From an uncultured Candidatus Binatia bacterium (GTDB lineage: Bacteria; Desulfobacterota; Binatia; UBA9968; CAXXLF01), in NCBI GenBank assembly GCA_965218425.1, contig OZ244621.1:2848001-2912000 (forward strand): a stretch of DNA of 64,000 nt, written 5' to 3'. Shown piece after piece: positions 63,090-64,000 of the stretch. Both the position numbers and the translations under genes were made by a program. The notes under the pieces are model-generated. The model was not told where the DNA came from and did not search any database. It worked only from the letters and a program-made list of their open reading frames with translations. Each line of letters opens with the position of its first letter. Within the stretch, counting starts at the first letter, position 1.

Positions 63090-64000
63090 ATGTATCATGG
63101 AGTCAAAGTCTTGGACGTTCACAGTCACGTCCATGACATCTCGATGACCGACCGGAGTCTACAGCCGCGGCTTGCTACCCCGTTTTGGAGCTCTCTCGCG
63201 GGCTTGCCTGGCCTCGGCGCTTCCAAGCCGCTTCCAAGTCCCATTGGTCCTGGCAAGCATTCCCAGCAACCCGGGAACAGAGACGAAGACTTCAATGCCG
63301 TGGTGGCCGCTCTTGCCAAGTACATGGACGCCCGCAACATCGATACTCAGATCCTAAGCCCTCACCCACTCCAGATTCACGGCTGGATGGAGGATGAAGT
63401 TCTCTTTAAAAGTTGGATGAGCTACTCCAACGACTTGGTCTTCAAGTTAGTCCAGGCTCAACCTGCTCGTTTTGTTGGAGCCTGTCACCTTCCACAGCGC
63501 GCGGATGCCAAGGATACCACTCATTGTCTAGAGGAACTAGAGCGCTGCGTGCACGAGTACGGGTTTGTCGCCACCTACGTTTCGCCGGACATCACCGGCA
63601 AGGGTGACACGCCCACGATGAATATGCCGTACTGGCACCCTCTCTACGGAAAATGTCAGGAGCTCAACATCCCTATCATTGTGCATGGCACGGATAAACT
63701 TGACCCTCGTTATCGCACCATGAACGTCAGCCGGTACTTTGAGTTCAACTTCATACCTCCACAGTCAATGGCGTGCGCGACCCTGCGGGTCAATGACCAG
63801 TTCGAACACTTTCCCGGGCTAAAGATTATTATCTGCCACTGTGGCGGCTTTATCGATCGCCTCGGAGAGGGCCACCCTTACCGTGCTAAAATTAAAGACA
63901 ATTCCAACAACCTGTTCTACGACACCGCTGCCTATGACTTGGATTTCCTTTCTCTGGCTATTAAGCAGCGCGGCGCCTCCCAGTTTGCCTTTGGCACGGA
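63090..64000 (+). CDS. amidohydrolase family protein (Amidohydro_2), runs off the window end
   Basis: Not in the ORF track because there is no stop in the window. ATG 63090 gives MYHGVKVLDVHSH...YSND...PARFVG...EELERC...IIVHG...ICHCGG...YDTA...FGT. Confidence 0.85.
   Translation, partial: MYHGVKVLDVHSHVHDISMTDRSLQPRLATPFWSSLAGLPGLGASKPLPSPIGPGKHSQQPGNRDEDFNAVVAALAKYMDARNIDTQILSPHPLQIHGWMEDEVLFKSWMSYSNDLVFKLVQAQPARFVGACHLPQRADAKDTTHCLEELERCVHEYGFVATYVSPDITGKGDTPTMNMPYWHPLYGKCQELNIPIIVHGTDKLDPRYRTMNVSRYFEFNFIPPQSMACATLRVNDQFEHFPGLKIIICHCGGFIDRLGEGHPYRAKIKDNSNNLFYDTAAYDLDFLSLAIKQRGASQFAFGT

Overview
A GC-rich bacterial chromosomal window. The style of its orphan solute-binding proteins, UbiD, LLM, cupin and Rieske genes suggests a Candidatus Binatia / deltaproteobacterial-type genome; this is inference only. 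In order, it contains: (1) an IS481-type remnant, then a three-gene operon (ino1, IMPase-family phosphatase, fused IPCT/DIPPS) matching the di-myo-inositol-phosphate pathway; (2) a B12-binding radical SAM gene bracketed by permuted ~200 bp non-coding repeats; (3) a defence patch (7.8-16.8 kb) with a Type III RM system whose mod has a nonsense codon and an altered DPQY motif, an IS110 5' remnant, an Mrr-like nuclease, toxin-antitoxin debris and an orphan mini-CRISPR mixing one 37-bp ATTGAAAC-type repeat with two 29-bp type I-E repeats; (4) two histidine kinases, a receiver protein and a partner-switching module; (5) a Cu P-type ATPase and a CoA-transferase / acyl-CoA dehydrogenase / Rieske / cupin block; (6) an intact IS3 element inserted in an ABC solute-binding gene; (7) two Type II RM systems (PaeR7I-like intact, XamI-like nuclease disrupted) around a catalytically degenerate IS481-like transposase; (8) a GntR-headed catabolic cluster with two UbiDs, an LLM enzyme, a Mo-hydroxylase large subunit and a bicupin; (9) SirB1-like, ABC-F and a partial amidohydrolase gene. 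No rRNA, tRNA or cas genes were recognised. All family calls are from motif recognition by eye, not database searches.
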